From assembly GCA_963837965.1 (NCBI GenBank), contig CAWIPY010000004.1, positions 175,335 to 239,334 of the forward strand: DNA of 64,000 bases, given 5' to 3'. The notes beneath the pieces are model-generated. The model made no database searches. It saw only the letters and a list, made by a program, of their open reading frames with translations, and had not been told where the DNA came from. The stretch's first letter is position 1. Each line of letters opens with the position of its first letter. This DNA comes from an uncultured Pseudomonadota bacterium. Lineage in GTDB: Bacteria; Pseudomonadota; Alphaproteobacteria; Rhizobiales; Xanthobacteraceae. Of the stretch, positions 11,824 to 20,655 are shown in pieces. The position numbers were made by a program, and so were the translations under genes.

Positions 11824-13347
11824 ATGAACATCGCGCTCTGGCTGGAACGCACCGCGCTCAGCCACCCGTCGCTGCCGGCGGCGGCGAGCGCCACCCGCGT
11901 GGTGGCGACCTACGCGCAACTGGCGACACGCGCCGCGCGTCTCGCCGGTGCGCTGCGCGATAAACTGGGGCTTAAGCCCGGCGACCGCGTCGCCATCGCC
12001 GCCAAGAACATGCCGGCCTATCTCGAGCTGCTCTACGGCATCTGGCACGCGGGGCTCGCCGCCGTGCCGGCCAACGCCAAGCTGCACGGGTCGGAGATCG
12101 GCTACATCCTGGAGCATTCCGGCGCGCGCGCCTGCTTCGCCTCGAAAGGCTTAGACGGCGAGATCGCGCCGCACGCGCCGGCGACACTCGAACATCTGAT
12201 CACGATCGGCGGCGCCGACTACGAGGCACTGTTCAGCGCCGACGCCGTCGCTTGCCTCCCGCGCAATGGCGACGATCTCGCCTGGCTGTTCTACACCTCG
12301 GGCACGACCGGCCGGCCGAAAGGCGCCATGCTCACCCACCGCAATCTGGTCGAGGCGAGCCTCGCCTATGCCGCCGAGGTCGATCCCGCCGCTCCGGGCG
12401 ATGCCATCCTGCATGCGGCGCCGATGAGCCACGGCTCCGGCATCTACATCATGCCGCACGTCGCCCGTCTTGGCGTGCAGGTGGTGCCGGAGAGCGGCGC
12501 CTTCGAGCCCGACGAGATCGCCGCGCTGTTCAATCACTGGCCGCGCATGTCGATGTTCGCGGCGCCCACCATGATCAAGCGCATGGTTGCTTCGCCGGCG
12601 AATCTCAACGCCGACAACATCCGCACGCTGATCTGGGGTGGCGCGCCCATGTATGTGGAGGACGCACTCGCCGCCCTCGACCGCTTCGGCCCGCGGCTCG
12701 CGCAGATCTACGGCCAGGGCGAGGCGCCCATGACCATCACCACGCTGTCGAAGGAGGACATCGCCGACCGCGAGCATCCGCGCTGGCGCGAGCGCCTCGG
12801 CTCCGCCGGCAAACCTTATGCGAATGTTGAAGTGATGGTGGCCGATGGCGATGATGCGCCGGTGACGCAAGGGGAGCCCGGCGAAATCCTGGTGCGAGGC
12901 GATGTGATCATGGCCGGCTACTGGCGCAACGAGGAGGCAACTGCCGCTTCGCTACGCGGCGGCTGGCTGCACACCGGCGACGTCGGCATTCTCGACGAGG
13001 AAGGCTATCTCCATCTCAAGGACCGTTCGAAGGACCTGATCATTTCGGGCGGGTCCAACATCTATCCGCGCGAGGTGGAGGAGGTGCTGCTCACCCATGA
13101 TGCGGTGCGCGAGGTCTCGGTGATCGGCCGGCCCGACCGGGAATGGGGCGAGGTGGTGGTGGCCTATGTGGTGGGCGAAGCACCGGCGGCGGCGCTTGAC
13201 GCCCATTGCCTTGCCCGCATCGCGCGCTTCAAACGGCCGAAGGATTATGTTTTTGTCGACGCGCTGCCGAAGAACAATTACGGCAAGATCCTCAAGACCG
13301 AACTGCGCACGCGGGACGCGGGCCGCGGGCAGGGCGAAGCGGAGTAG
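11824..13347 (+). CDS. Acyl-CoA synthetase (AMP-binding enzyme)
   Basis: YTSGTTGRPKG, YGQGE, LHTGD, DRSKDLIISGGSNIYPREVE and GKILK motifs. Confidence 0.93.
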   Translation: MNIALWLERTALSHPSLPAAASATRVVATYAQLATRAARLAGALRDKLGLKPGDRVAIAAKNMPAYLELLYGIWHAGLAAVPANAKLHGSEIGYILEHSGARACFASKGLDGEIAPHAPATLEHLITIGGADYEALFSADAVACLPRNGDDLAWLFYTSGTTGRPKGAMLTHRNLVEASLAYAAEVDPAAPGDAILHAAPMSHGSGIYIMPHVARLGVQVVPESGAFEPDEIAALFNHWPRMSMFAAPTMIKRMVASPANLNADNIRTLIWGGAPMYVEDALAALDRFGPRLAQIYGQGEAPMTITTLSKEDIADREHPRWRERLGSAGKPYANVEVMVADGDDAPVTQGEPGEILVRGDVIMAGYWRNEEATAASLRGGWLHTGDVGILDEEGYLHLKDRSKDLIISGGSNIYPREVEEVLLTHDAVREVSVIGRPDREWGEVVVAYVVGEAPAAALDAHCLARIARFKRPKDYVFVDALPKNNYGKILKTELRTRDAGRGQGEAE

Positions 13348-13484
13348 GAATGGCTGACGATCGCCGCGACCGGCGCCGCCGGGCATTTACAAAACGTCCG
13401 GCAAGATTACATCCCATATTATCGTTCAGCGGCGGGCCCGGCTGCGGCAGGGGTTTCGCGCTGTGGAAGTAAGACCGTCAGGTA

Positions 13485-13535
13485 ATCCATCTTTTTGCGA
13501 AGAAGGATGGATGCGCGGGTCGAGCCCGCGCAAGA
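13485..13535. repeat. REP-like element (partial)
   Basis: ATCCATC...GATGGAT hairpin plus GCGCGGGTCGAGCCCGCGC; same family as 45192 and 60769. Confidence 0.7.
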
Positions 13536-13588
13536 TGGAGGAGAGTTGGGCGATTCCGGGTCTCCGAAAAATAGGTTACGCTAACACC

Positions 13589-13798
13589 ATGAACGAAATG
13601 GACCGCAAAATCTCGGCCCGGACTTGCCCGATCTGCGGCAAGCCGACCGATCACGCGTTCCGTCCATTCTGCTCCAAGCGTTGCTCCGACGTCGATCTCA
13701 ATCGCTGGCTTTCAGGCGTCTATGCGGTGCCGGTGCGCGAAGAGGAAGATGAGGACGGCGAGCGCCCACCCGAGGGCGATGCGGGCGAGGCCTCATGA
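13589..13798 (+). CDS. yacG: DNA gyrase inhibitor YacG
   Basis: CPICGK...RPFCSKRCSDVDLNRWL zinc finger; acidic tail. Confidence 0.95.
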   Translation: MNEMDRKISARTCPICGKPTDHAFRPFCSKRCSDVDLNRWLSGVYAVPVREEEDEDGERPPEGDAGEAS

Positions 13799-14322
13799 AC
13801 GCACCAATGACGGCCACCTGGCCGGATAAGCTCTACGACACGCTCAAGCGCGCGCGTATAGCGCAGGTCGGCTATGTGCCCGACGCCGGCCACGCCCGGC
13901 TGATCGAGCGCTGCCGCGCCGATCCCGATATCCGGGACGTGGTGCTGACCACCGAGGAAGAGGGCGTGGCGCTGGCAGCGGGCGCCTGGCTCGGCGGTCA
14001 GCGCTGCGCGCTGCTGATGCAGTCGAGCGGCACCGGCAACTGCGTCAACATGCTGTCGCTGATGCGCAGCTGCCGCTTTCCCATGTTGATGTTCATCACG
14101 ATGCGCGGGGAGTGGGAAGAGTTCAACCCCTGGCAGGTGCCGATGGGCTCCATCGTCGATCCGGTGCTCAAGCTTTGCGAGACGGAGATCTATCGCGCGT
14201 GCAACGCCGACGAGGTCGAAGGCCTGGCCGAGCGCGCCGTCCAGCAGGCTTTCGGCGACGAGCGCATCGTCGCCGTCATCCTGTCGCAGGAGCTGATCGG
14301 CAGGAAGGTGTGGACCAAATGA
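13795..14322 (+). CDS. TPP-dependent decarboxylase alpha subunit (sulfopyruvate/phosphonopyruvate decarboxylase-like)
   Basis: YVPDAG, TTEEEGVALAAGAWL, LMQSSGTGNCVN and RGEWEEFNPWQVPMG motifs. Confidence 0.88.
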   Translation: MNAPMTATWPDKLYDTLKRARIAQVGYVPDAGHARLIERCRADPDIRDVVLTTEEEGVALAAGAWLGGQRCALLMQSSGTGNCVNMLSLMRSCRFPMLMFITMRGEWEEFNPWQVPMGSIVDPVLKLCETEIYRACNADEVEGLAERAVQQAFGDERIVAVILSQELIGRKVWTK

Positions 14323-14897
14323 GCCAGCGACGACTCGAACGCCGCGCGGCCATGGCCACGCTGGTCGCCGACCGCGGCGACGATCTGCTGGTGGTCCCGG
14401 GCCTCGGCTCGACCACATACGATCTTGCCGCCGCCGGCGACGACCCGCGCAATTTCTATATGTGGGGCGCCATGGGCGGCACGGCCATGATCGGGCTGGG
14501 CCTGGCATTGGCGCAGCCGGACAGGCGCGTCGCGGTAATCACCGGCGACGGCGAGATGCTGATGGGCCTGGGCTCGCTCGCCACCATCGGCATTCAGCGT
14601 CCGGCCAACTTGGCCGTCATCGTCTTCGACAATGGCGTCTATGGCGAAACCGGCGGCCAGCCCAGCCACACCCAGAAGGGCGCCGATCTGGTCGGCATCG
14701 CCCGCGCCAGCGGCATCCCGCTCTGCCTCGATGTGAACGACGAGGCGGCGCTCTCGGCGCTCTCCGGCCGTCTCAAGAGCCTGGACGAGACCCTGTTCGC
14801 GCGCGTTGCCATCTTGGCCGACGAGCCGCCGCGGGTCCTGCCGGAGAAGGACGGCGTGGTGCTGAAGCGGCGGTTCCGCGCAGCGCTGGGGCTTTAG
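14319..14897 (+). CDS. TPP-dependent decarboxylase beta subunit
   Basis: WGAMG, ITGDGEMLMGLG and DNGVYGETGGQ (TPP-binding GDG...N) motifs. Confidence 0.88.
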   Translation: MSQRRLERRAAMATLVADRGDDLLVVPGLGSTTYDLAAAGDDPRNFYMWGAMGGTAMIGLGLALAQPDRRVAVITGDGEMLMGLGSLATIGIQRPANLAVIVFDNGVYGETGGQPSHTQKGADLVGIARASGIPLCLDVNDEAALSALSGRLKSLDETLFARVAILADEPPRVLPEKDGVVLKRRFRAALGL

Positions 14898-14999
14898 CCC
14901 TGATTATTCAAGGCGTAGGCCGTTCTGGACAGGCCCGAACAGGGCCTTTATAACGCGCCGCGCACTTCTGCCGCCGCCTCGGGTTTCAGGCGGCCCGGC

Positions 15000-15075
15000 G
15001 CCCAGGTAGCTCAGTTGGTAGAGCACGTGACTGAAAATCACGGTGTCGGTGGTTCGATTCCGCCCCTGGGCACCA
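15000..15075 (+). tRNA. tRNA-Phe(GAA)
   Basis: GCCCAGGTAGCTCAGTTGGTAGAGCACGTGACTGAAAATCACGGTGTCGGTGGTTCGATTCCGCCCCTGGGCACCA. Confidence 0.97.
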
Positions 15076-15076
15076 T
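15059..15076 (+). repeat. attL core (tRNA-Phe 3' end)
   Basis: TCCGCCCCTGGGCACCAT, identical to 19220-19237. Confidence 0.9.
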
Positions 15077-15178
15077 TACCCCTGCTCACCGCTCCTCATC
15101 GTTGCTCATTCTGCCGCAGATTCAATGACTTCCGCCGAATTGCGCTACTCACGGCGAGGCACTTCTCCCCACCACTTC

Positions 15179-15238
15179 GCGGGTATCTGCGGGTACAATT
15201 GCGGGTAGGACGCTCTTTCACAGAAAGGCGATACCCGC
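15179..15238. promoter_or_regulatory. Putative integrase arm-type binding sites
   Basis: GCGGGTA at 15179, 15189 and 15201, plus an inverted copy TACCCGC at 15232 directly before the int ATG. Confidence 0.65.
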
Positions 15239-16192
15239 ATGGTTCTGCATCAGTTCTCAATCGCCAAGGCGGCTCCCAAGGAGAAGCCGTACAAGCTCTC
15301 TGACGGGAACGCCCTGCACCTGCTGGTCAAACCGAACGGCAGCAAGCTCTGGCGCCTCCGCTACCGTTTCGGAGGGCTCGAGAAGATGCTCGCGTTGGGG
15401 CCCTATCCCGAAGTGAGCCTCGCGAACGCCCGCCAGAAGCGGGACGACGCGCGGAGGCTGCTTGCCGACGGCAAGGACCCGTCCGAGCAGCGCAAGCTCG
15501 ATAAGGTCGCGGCGGAAGTCGCGGCCCGGAACACGTTCGGTGCCATGGCCGCCGAGTATCTCGAAAAGCTCAGAGAGGAGGGCGCGGCTCCGGCTACGCT
15601 CGAAAAAAACCGCTGGCTGCTCCATGACCTAGCCGACCCGCTCTCTAAGCGGCCCGTTTCCGCTATCACTCCCGCAGAAATCTTGATGCTCCTACAGCGC
15701 ATCGAGAAGACCGGGAGGCGGGAAACTGCGCACCGCTTGCGAGGCGTCATCGGCAGCGTCTTCAGGTTCGCCGTGGCGACTCTCAGAGCAAACAACGACC
15801 CGACCTACGCCCTCAGGGGTGCGTTGCTTAAAAAGACCGTCAAGCATCGCGCAGCCATCACCGACGAGCAGCAGCTCGGGGCGCTCATGCGCTCTATCGA
15901 CGAGTACGACGGGTGGCCGACCCTCAAAGCGGCCTTGCAAACCCGCACCCCGCTCAAGACTAAGGGCGATTCAGAGGTCGCAGAGGTCAAGAAAAGAGTC
16001 CAAGCCCTCCTCCGCGCCATCGTTATCATCACGGATGGCGGCTGCGTTCTTCGCCACTATACGGAAGCAGGAGCCTGCGGCGGCTACCGGAAAGACGGCG
16101 AGCTCATCCTCCAAGCCGAGCACCTCATCACAAGGAAAAACAGCATCTCCTTCGGAGACTTGCGTAATATCGTGTGCCGTTCGCGCACCTGA
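15239..16192 (+). pseudogene. P4-like tyrosine integrase lacking its catalytic domain and fused in frame to an unrelated fragment
   Basis: Arm-binding KPYKLSDGNALHLLVKPNGSKLWRLRYRFGG and core-binding domains present; similarity stops after GWPTLKAALQ (~15940); no catalytic R...HxxR...Y region. Confidence 0.85.
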
Positions 16193-16503
16193 CGCAGGAG
16201 ACTCTTTCCGCGCAGACGGCGCAGGCTGCGCTGCACCGAGCGCTCTGACACGCCCATCCGTTTGGCGATGGTGTGCGGCTGCAAGTAGGGCAGCCGGTCG
16301 CTGTACCACCACGCCTGGTTCAGATTGGCGATGACGACGATGTCGGTCGCGGTGAGCTTGAGCAGGCGTTGGCCCCGCAACAAGGCGTCGGGCAGGACCT
16401 GGTATCCGGCCTTGATCGCATCGCCCCATTTTGCCTGGGGCTGCGAGGTCGGTGCCGCTTCTTCCGCGATATCGGGCTCTAGGTCGCTGATGTCCTGCAT
16501 CAT
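16084..16503 (-). pseudogene. Winged-helix replication-initiator-like protein (DnaD_N/HTH_36-like), 3'-truncated
   Basis: GYQVLPDALL...IAKRMGVSERSVQRSLRRL; appears cut near 16178. Confidence 0.6.
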
Positions 16504-16640
16504 GGTCCGGTTTCTAATTTTTTTTGGAGGACGTGGCCAGACTTCGTCTTATTAGGGTGACAATGATGACGCCGTTTCTACTTGGGCCTAGCACCGAGGG
16601 CCCCCGGGCCGGGTCCCAATGCCAGCCCCTGTAGAGATTG

Positions 16641-16794
16641 TTTTTCACAAAATATCTGTTTTGCAATCGTTTTTCATGAGATATTGTGATTTTTCAGGAA
16701 GGTCGCCAGATGTGATGGTTTTTCGCAAGGAGCGATCGTTTTTCATGAAAAATGGCCAGCAACAGCGTTTTTCAGGGCCGGTGACGGTTTTTCA
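16641..16794. repeat. Phased array of seven TTTTTC(A) motifs, spacing alternating 29/20 bp
   Basis: T5 starts at 16641, 16670, 16690, 16719, 16739, 16768 and 16788. Confidence 0.75.
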
Positions 16795-18304
16795 CGAAAG
16801 GAGGCTTCCGGAGACGGGGACCCCTGTGGGATATGCCGCCCTCACCGACGCCTACGATCTGCCCGTGCCGCTGCCGCGCACATTATCGGCCATCGGAACG
16901 CGGCACAGGATTATCGAGGAGGCCGGCTGGCGCCTCTACACCCCCCGGCACGAGCCGGCGGCGACGCTGGAGGGCCACCTGACCTTTGCCCTCAAGTACG
17001 AGGGACTCGACCTTGCGGTATTGAAGCGGCTGTTCCTGGCCACCGGCCCGACCCCGATCGAAGCGCTTGTCCGCGCCACCCCGACGGGCAGCTACGCCCG
17101 CCGCATCTGGTTTTTGTATGAGTGGTTGACGGGAAACCAGCTCGATCTGCCCAATGCCGAGCGCGTCACCTACGTCCCGGTTGTTGATCCCGATCAGCAA
17201 TGGGCCACGGAAGGGGAGAATTCCGCCCGGCACTGCGTGCGCAACAACCTGCCGGGCACGCCTGAGTTCTGCCCGCTCGTTTTCCATACGGCAGCGCTCG
17301 ATCAATATCTTTCCCTCGATCTGGCCGCGCGCGCGCGCGCGGTCGTTAGCGCCGTGCCGCGCGATCTGCTTGCGCGCACCGCCGCCTTCCTTTTGCTGAA
17401 GGATTCAAAGTCGAGCTACGTCATCGAGGGCGAACGCCCGCCACAGGACCGCATCCAGCGCTGGGGCCGGGCAATTGGCGAGGCAGGGCGCGCGCCCCTC
17501 GACCTCGATGAGCTTCTGCGCCTGCAAAAGATCGTCATCGGCGACGAGCGCTTTGTCCGGCTCGGGCTGCGGCGTGAAGGCGGCTTTGTCGGCGAGCATG
17601 ACCGCGACACCCAGGCCCCGATTCCGGACCATATCAGCGCCCGGCCCGAGGACCTGGACTCCCTGGTCAGCGGCATGATCGCTTTCGACCGCGCGGCTTC
17701 GGACAATCTCGATCCCGTCATGGCCGCCGCGGTGCTTTCGTTCGGCTTTGTGTACGTCCATCCGTTCACGGACGGAAACGGCCGGGTCCACCGCTATCTG
17801 ATCCATCACGTTCTTGCCCGGCGCGGGTTCAACCCGCCCGGCGTCGTCTTCCCGGTGTCGTCGGCCATTCTCGACCGGATCGACGATTACCGCGAGGTGC
17901 TGGAGAGCTATTCGCGCAGGCTCTTGCCTGTCATCAAGTGGGAGCCGCTGCCGGATGGCAATGTGCGCGTCCTGAACGATACCGCTGATTTTTACAGGTT
18001 TTTCGACGCAACCCCGCATGCCGAATTTCTCTATGGCTGCGTCCGCAAGACGATTGAGGAGGACTTGCCCAACGAAACAAGGTTTTTGGAAAGGTCCGAT
18101 CGCTTCCGCAGCGGCATCGAAGCCATCGCCGATATGCCCGACCGGACGCTCAACAATCTCTTCGGCTTCCTGCGGCAAAACGGTGGGCGCTTGTCCAAGC
18201 GCGCGCGCGAAACTGAATTCGCCGCCCTTACGGAACACGAAATCAAGCGTATTGAAGAGGTCTACGCGGGCGTCTTTGGCGAAGCCGTTGAGACTCATGA
18301 CTGA
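16745..18304 (+). CDS. Fic family protein
   Basis: Canonical HPFTDGNGRVHR motif; start chosen at ATG 16745. Confidence 0.92.
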   Translation: MKNGQQQRFSGPVTVFHERRLPETGTPVGYAALTDAYDLPVPLPRTLSAIGTRHRIIEEAGWRLYTPRHEPAATLEGHLTFALKYEGLDLAVLKRLFLATGPTPIEALVRATPTGSYARRIWFLYEWLTGNQLDLPNAERVTYVPVVDPDQQWATEGENSARHCVRNNLPGTPEFCPLVFHTAALDQYLSLDLAARARAVVSAVPRDLLARTAAFLLLKDSKSSYVIEGERPPQDRIQRWGRAIGEAGRAPLDLDELLRLQKIVIGDERFVRLGLRREGGFVGEHDRDTQAPIPDHISARPEDLDSLVSGMIAFDRAASDNLDPVMAAAVLSFGFVYVHPFTDGNGRVHRYLIHHVLARRGFNPPGVVFPVSSAILDRIDDYREVLESYSRRLLPVIKWEPLPDGNVRVLNDTADFYRFFDATPHAEFLYGCVRKTIEEDLPNETRFLERSDRFRSGIEAIADMPDRTLNNLFGFLRQNGGRLSKRARETEFAALTEHEIKRIEEVYAGVFGEAVETHD

Positions 18305-19070
18305 CATTCCGAAGCCGATTCTTGCTTTCGCCGACGATCTAAAAAAATCATGCCGGTACTGCGCTGCGATTTCATACATCGCAACAAGCCGATTGCCTGG
18401 TCAGCCAATCCCGGAGCCGAACGACCCGACTGCGACGGCGACATTTATCCAGTTCCGTGGGCAGACATATGCGGTGACAGCGGCGCACGTTGTCAAAGAC
18501 TTCCGCGCCTCGGTACCCGATCCGCATAACTACACTTTTTTCATTCCAAAGGCTCCGGGCCACGCCCTTTCCGACTGCTTTGTGCAGCCTCCAGCAGGTT
18601 TAATCAGCGGGCAACCGGACATCGCGATCAGAAGAATCAAGCCAGACCTACTGCCCCATATCGGAAAAGAAGCCTTTCTGCTGACTGACGATGAGCAGCC
18701 TGCCGAATTCCCCTATGCGTTGGCGGCAGGCTATCCGACGGCGCGAAAATCGAAAAAAGCCGACCCAAAAGGGTGGCAAGTTGCAATGGAATGCTGCCAC
18801 GCCATTGCGGAAGGCGTTTCACGCGGGCATGGCGACCAGGTACAGTTTTACAGCGAAATAGCAGACCAGCCGGAGGTTTCGTCTCTAAGCGGAATGAGCG
18901 GCGGCCCGGTGTTTTGGAGTGGTGACGACGAGGCGTATGGACTGATCGGTATCGTTAAACAGGCCATGAGTAACGAAACAACTCCGCAAACGCTCGGAGC
19001 GGCCCGAAAGTTCATTTCATCTGTCAGCGCTTTTCTGCCGCCGAATTCGAGAACTGGGTTACCGCCTTGA
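18297..19070 (+). CDS. Trypsin-like serine protease, no signal peptide; possible C-terminal frameshift
   Basis: VTAAH, QPDIAI and GMSGGP give His/Asp/Ser triad motifs; overlaps the fic stop (ATGACTGA). Confidence 0.8.
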   Translation: MTDIPKPILAFADDLKKSCRYCAAISYIATSRLPGQPIPEPNDPTATATFIQFRGQTYAVTAAHVVKDFRASVPDPHNYTFFIPKAPGHALSDCFVQPPAGLISGQPDIAIRRIKPDLLPHIGKEAFLLTDDEQPAEFPYALAAGYPTARKSKKADPKGWQVAMECCHAIAEGVSRGHGDQVQFYSEIADQPEVSSLSGMSGGPVFWSGDDEAYGLIGIVKQAMSNETTPQTLGAARKFISSVSAFLPPNSRTGLPP

Positions 19071-19219
19071 ACTAGACGGTCGCCCGCAATTGTCCGCGGT
19101 TCGATTCCCAAAACCGGAATCGCATGGTGGGGCAGGGATGGCAGAAACGCCTATAATCATACAGGATAGTTAGCTGCCCCACTTTTCGGTAAGCGATTGA
19201 AATCGTTTGATGTCTGTAC

Positions 19220-19237
19220 TCCGCCCCTGGGCACCAT
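19220..19237 (+). repeat. attR core
   Basis: TCCGCCCCTGGGCACCAT duplicate of the tRNA-Phe 3' end. Confidence 0.9.
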
Positions 19238-19400
19238 CACGCTTGGAGCAAGTGGACGGGCCGCGTTTCGCCTGCGCCCACGCTTTTATTGAAGACCGGC
19301 TTTCAGTCTGGACGAGGGCCCCGGCCGAGCGGCGACCCGCGTTCAGCCGTTGTGCGGCGAACTTGGCGACCGGCCCGCGCGCCGAAAGCCATGCTTGCAA

Positions 19401-19790
19401 TCACACATCGGCCACTGCAATCGCTTCGATCTCTACACGCCATTCGGGTCGCGCCAGCGCGCTCACGATAAGCAAAGTGGAGGCGGGCTTGTGTCCGCCG
19501 AGAAATTCCGACCGAATCTTTCCGTAGGCGGAAACATCTCCTGAACTCGTCAAGAACGCGGTGACCTTCACGAGATCATTGACGCTCATCTGCGCTGATT
19601 TAAGAACATCGATCAGATTTCTCCACGCCTGCCGCGCCTGCGAATCAAAATCGGCCGCGGCTTTTCCCGTCGAATCGGAACCGATTTGTCCCGAAACGTA
19701 GAGCGTCCGGCTCTCCCCGGAGATCAGCATGCCCTGGCTATAGGAAAGAACAACATCCGCTTCAGGAGACGGCGAGATAGGCTTTTGCAT
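19401..19790 (-). CDS. Rid (YjgF/YER057c/UK114) family protein lacking the catalytic Arg
   Basis: LYVSGQIG, LVKVTAFL and VEIEAIA; PAST where RidA has PARS. Confidence 0.9.
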   Translation of the reverse strand: MQKPISPSPEADVVLSYSQGMLISGESRTLYVSGQIGSDSTGKAAADFDSQARQAWRNLIDVLKSAQMSVNDLVKVTAFLTSSGDVSAYGKIRSEFLGGHKPASTLLIVSALARPEWRVEIEAIAVADV

Positions 19791-19800
19791 AAGAATCTCC

Positions 19801-20652
19801 TCAAAACTCCAGCATTCGGTCGACTGATTTCATCATCGGGCCATCGATTTTTGCCAGTTCATCCAGCACGGTGAAGTGATTGCAGGCAACGACTTCGTCA
19901 TAAGAGGCGCTTCCCTTGCGGGCCTGCCAGGCGACAACGAGCTCTTTCGTCCACTGTTTGAACCCGCTCGTCTCATCGCTCCCAACCAGCCCAACCAAGG
20001 GCATCAGCTTGGCACCTTCGGCGATCTTGTTGAGTCGCAGCAGTGGGCTGGCTGCAGCCGCTTCATCTGCGGATAGGCCCAAGTCGTTGTTGACCGATGT
20101 TCGCAGCAGCGGGCGCAGATCGTACACTCCGCTGATTCCTACAACGCCGACGATAGGTCCTGCCCCGGCCACGATCTGGTCAATCGCCAACATAAGGGCA
20201 AGCTGGCCTCCGGCTGAATGGCCGGCGACAACGACGCGATCTGGCCTAAGCCGCCGCATCGCCCAGCCAAATGCCGCGCGTAGCTGTTGAACGATCTCGT
20301 GGACGCTCACTGCAGGGGCCAGGTCATACGTCGGCAAAACGACCGTAATGCCCTTGCTCTGGAACGGTTGAGCAATGAACGAAACGTAGGATTTGTCCAA
20401 TGCCCGCCAATAGCCGCCATGAACGAAAAAGAGCACAGGTGCATCCTTGCCGGCCGGGAAGATATCGAGCAGGCAACGAGGTCCGTCGGCATAGCGCAGA
20501 TCCAGTTCGCAATTCTTCAAAGCCCGAAACGATTCACTTCGTTGTTGATGGTTCAGGTAGATTTCGCCCCTCTCAGGGTGCCGCTGCCGAAGCGCATATT
20601 GCGCTTCCAGCACCTCATCGATCGTTGAAAGCGCACTATTGCCCGGCATCAT
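19801..20652 (-). CDS. Alpha/beta hydrolase, arylformamidase (kynurenine formamidase)-like
   Basis: HGGYW oxyanion motif, GHSAG nucleophile elbow, SGVYDL and NHF motifs. Confidence 0.85.
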   Translation of the reverse strand: MMPGNSALSTIDEVLEAQYALRQRHPERGEIYLNHQQRSESFRALKNCELDLRYADGPRCLLDIFPAGKDAPVLFFVHGGYWRALDKSYVSFIAQPFQSKGITVVLPTYDLAPAVSVHEIVQQLRAAFGWAMRRLRPDRVVVAGHSAGGQLALMLAIDQIVAGAGPIVGVVGISGVYDLRPLLRTSVNNDLGLSADEAAAASPLLRLNKIAEGAKLMPLVGLVGSDETSGFKQWTKELVVAWQARKGSASYDEVVACNHFTVLDELAKIDGPMMKSVDRMLEF

Positions 20653-20655
20653 CCC

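Larger units (their letters stand above)
15059..19237. mobile_element. Decayed integrative element in tRNA-Phe
   Basis: 18-bp direct repeat of the tRNA 3' end at both borders, integrase remnant, arm-type repeats. Confidence 0.88.

Noticed and set aside
16641-16794. Periodic repeats as a possible CRISPR array
   Set aside because: The conserved unit is only about 6-12 bp, spacers alternate 29/20 bp, and no cas genes are present
19098-19108. GGTTCGATTCC matching the tRNA-Phe T-arm
   Set aside because: Only 11 bp and about 110 bp from attR; no cloverleaf, so possibly chance
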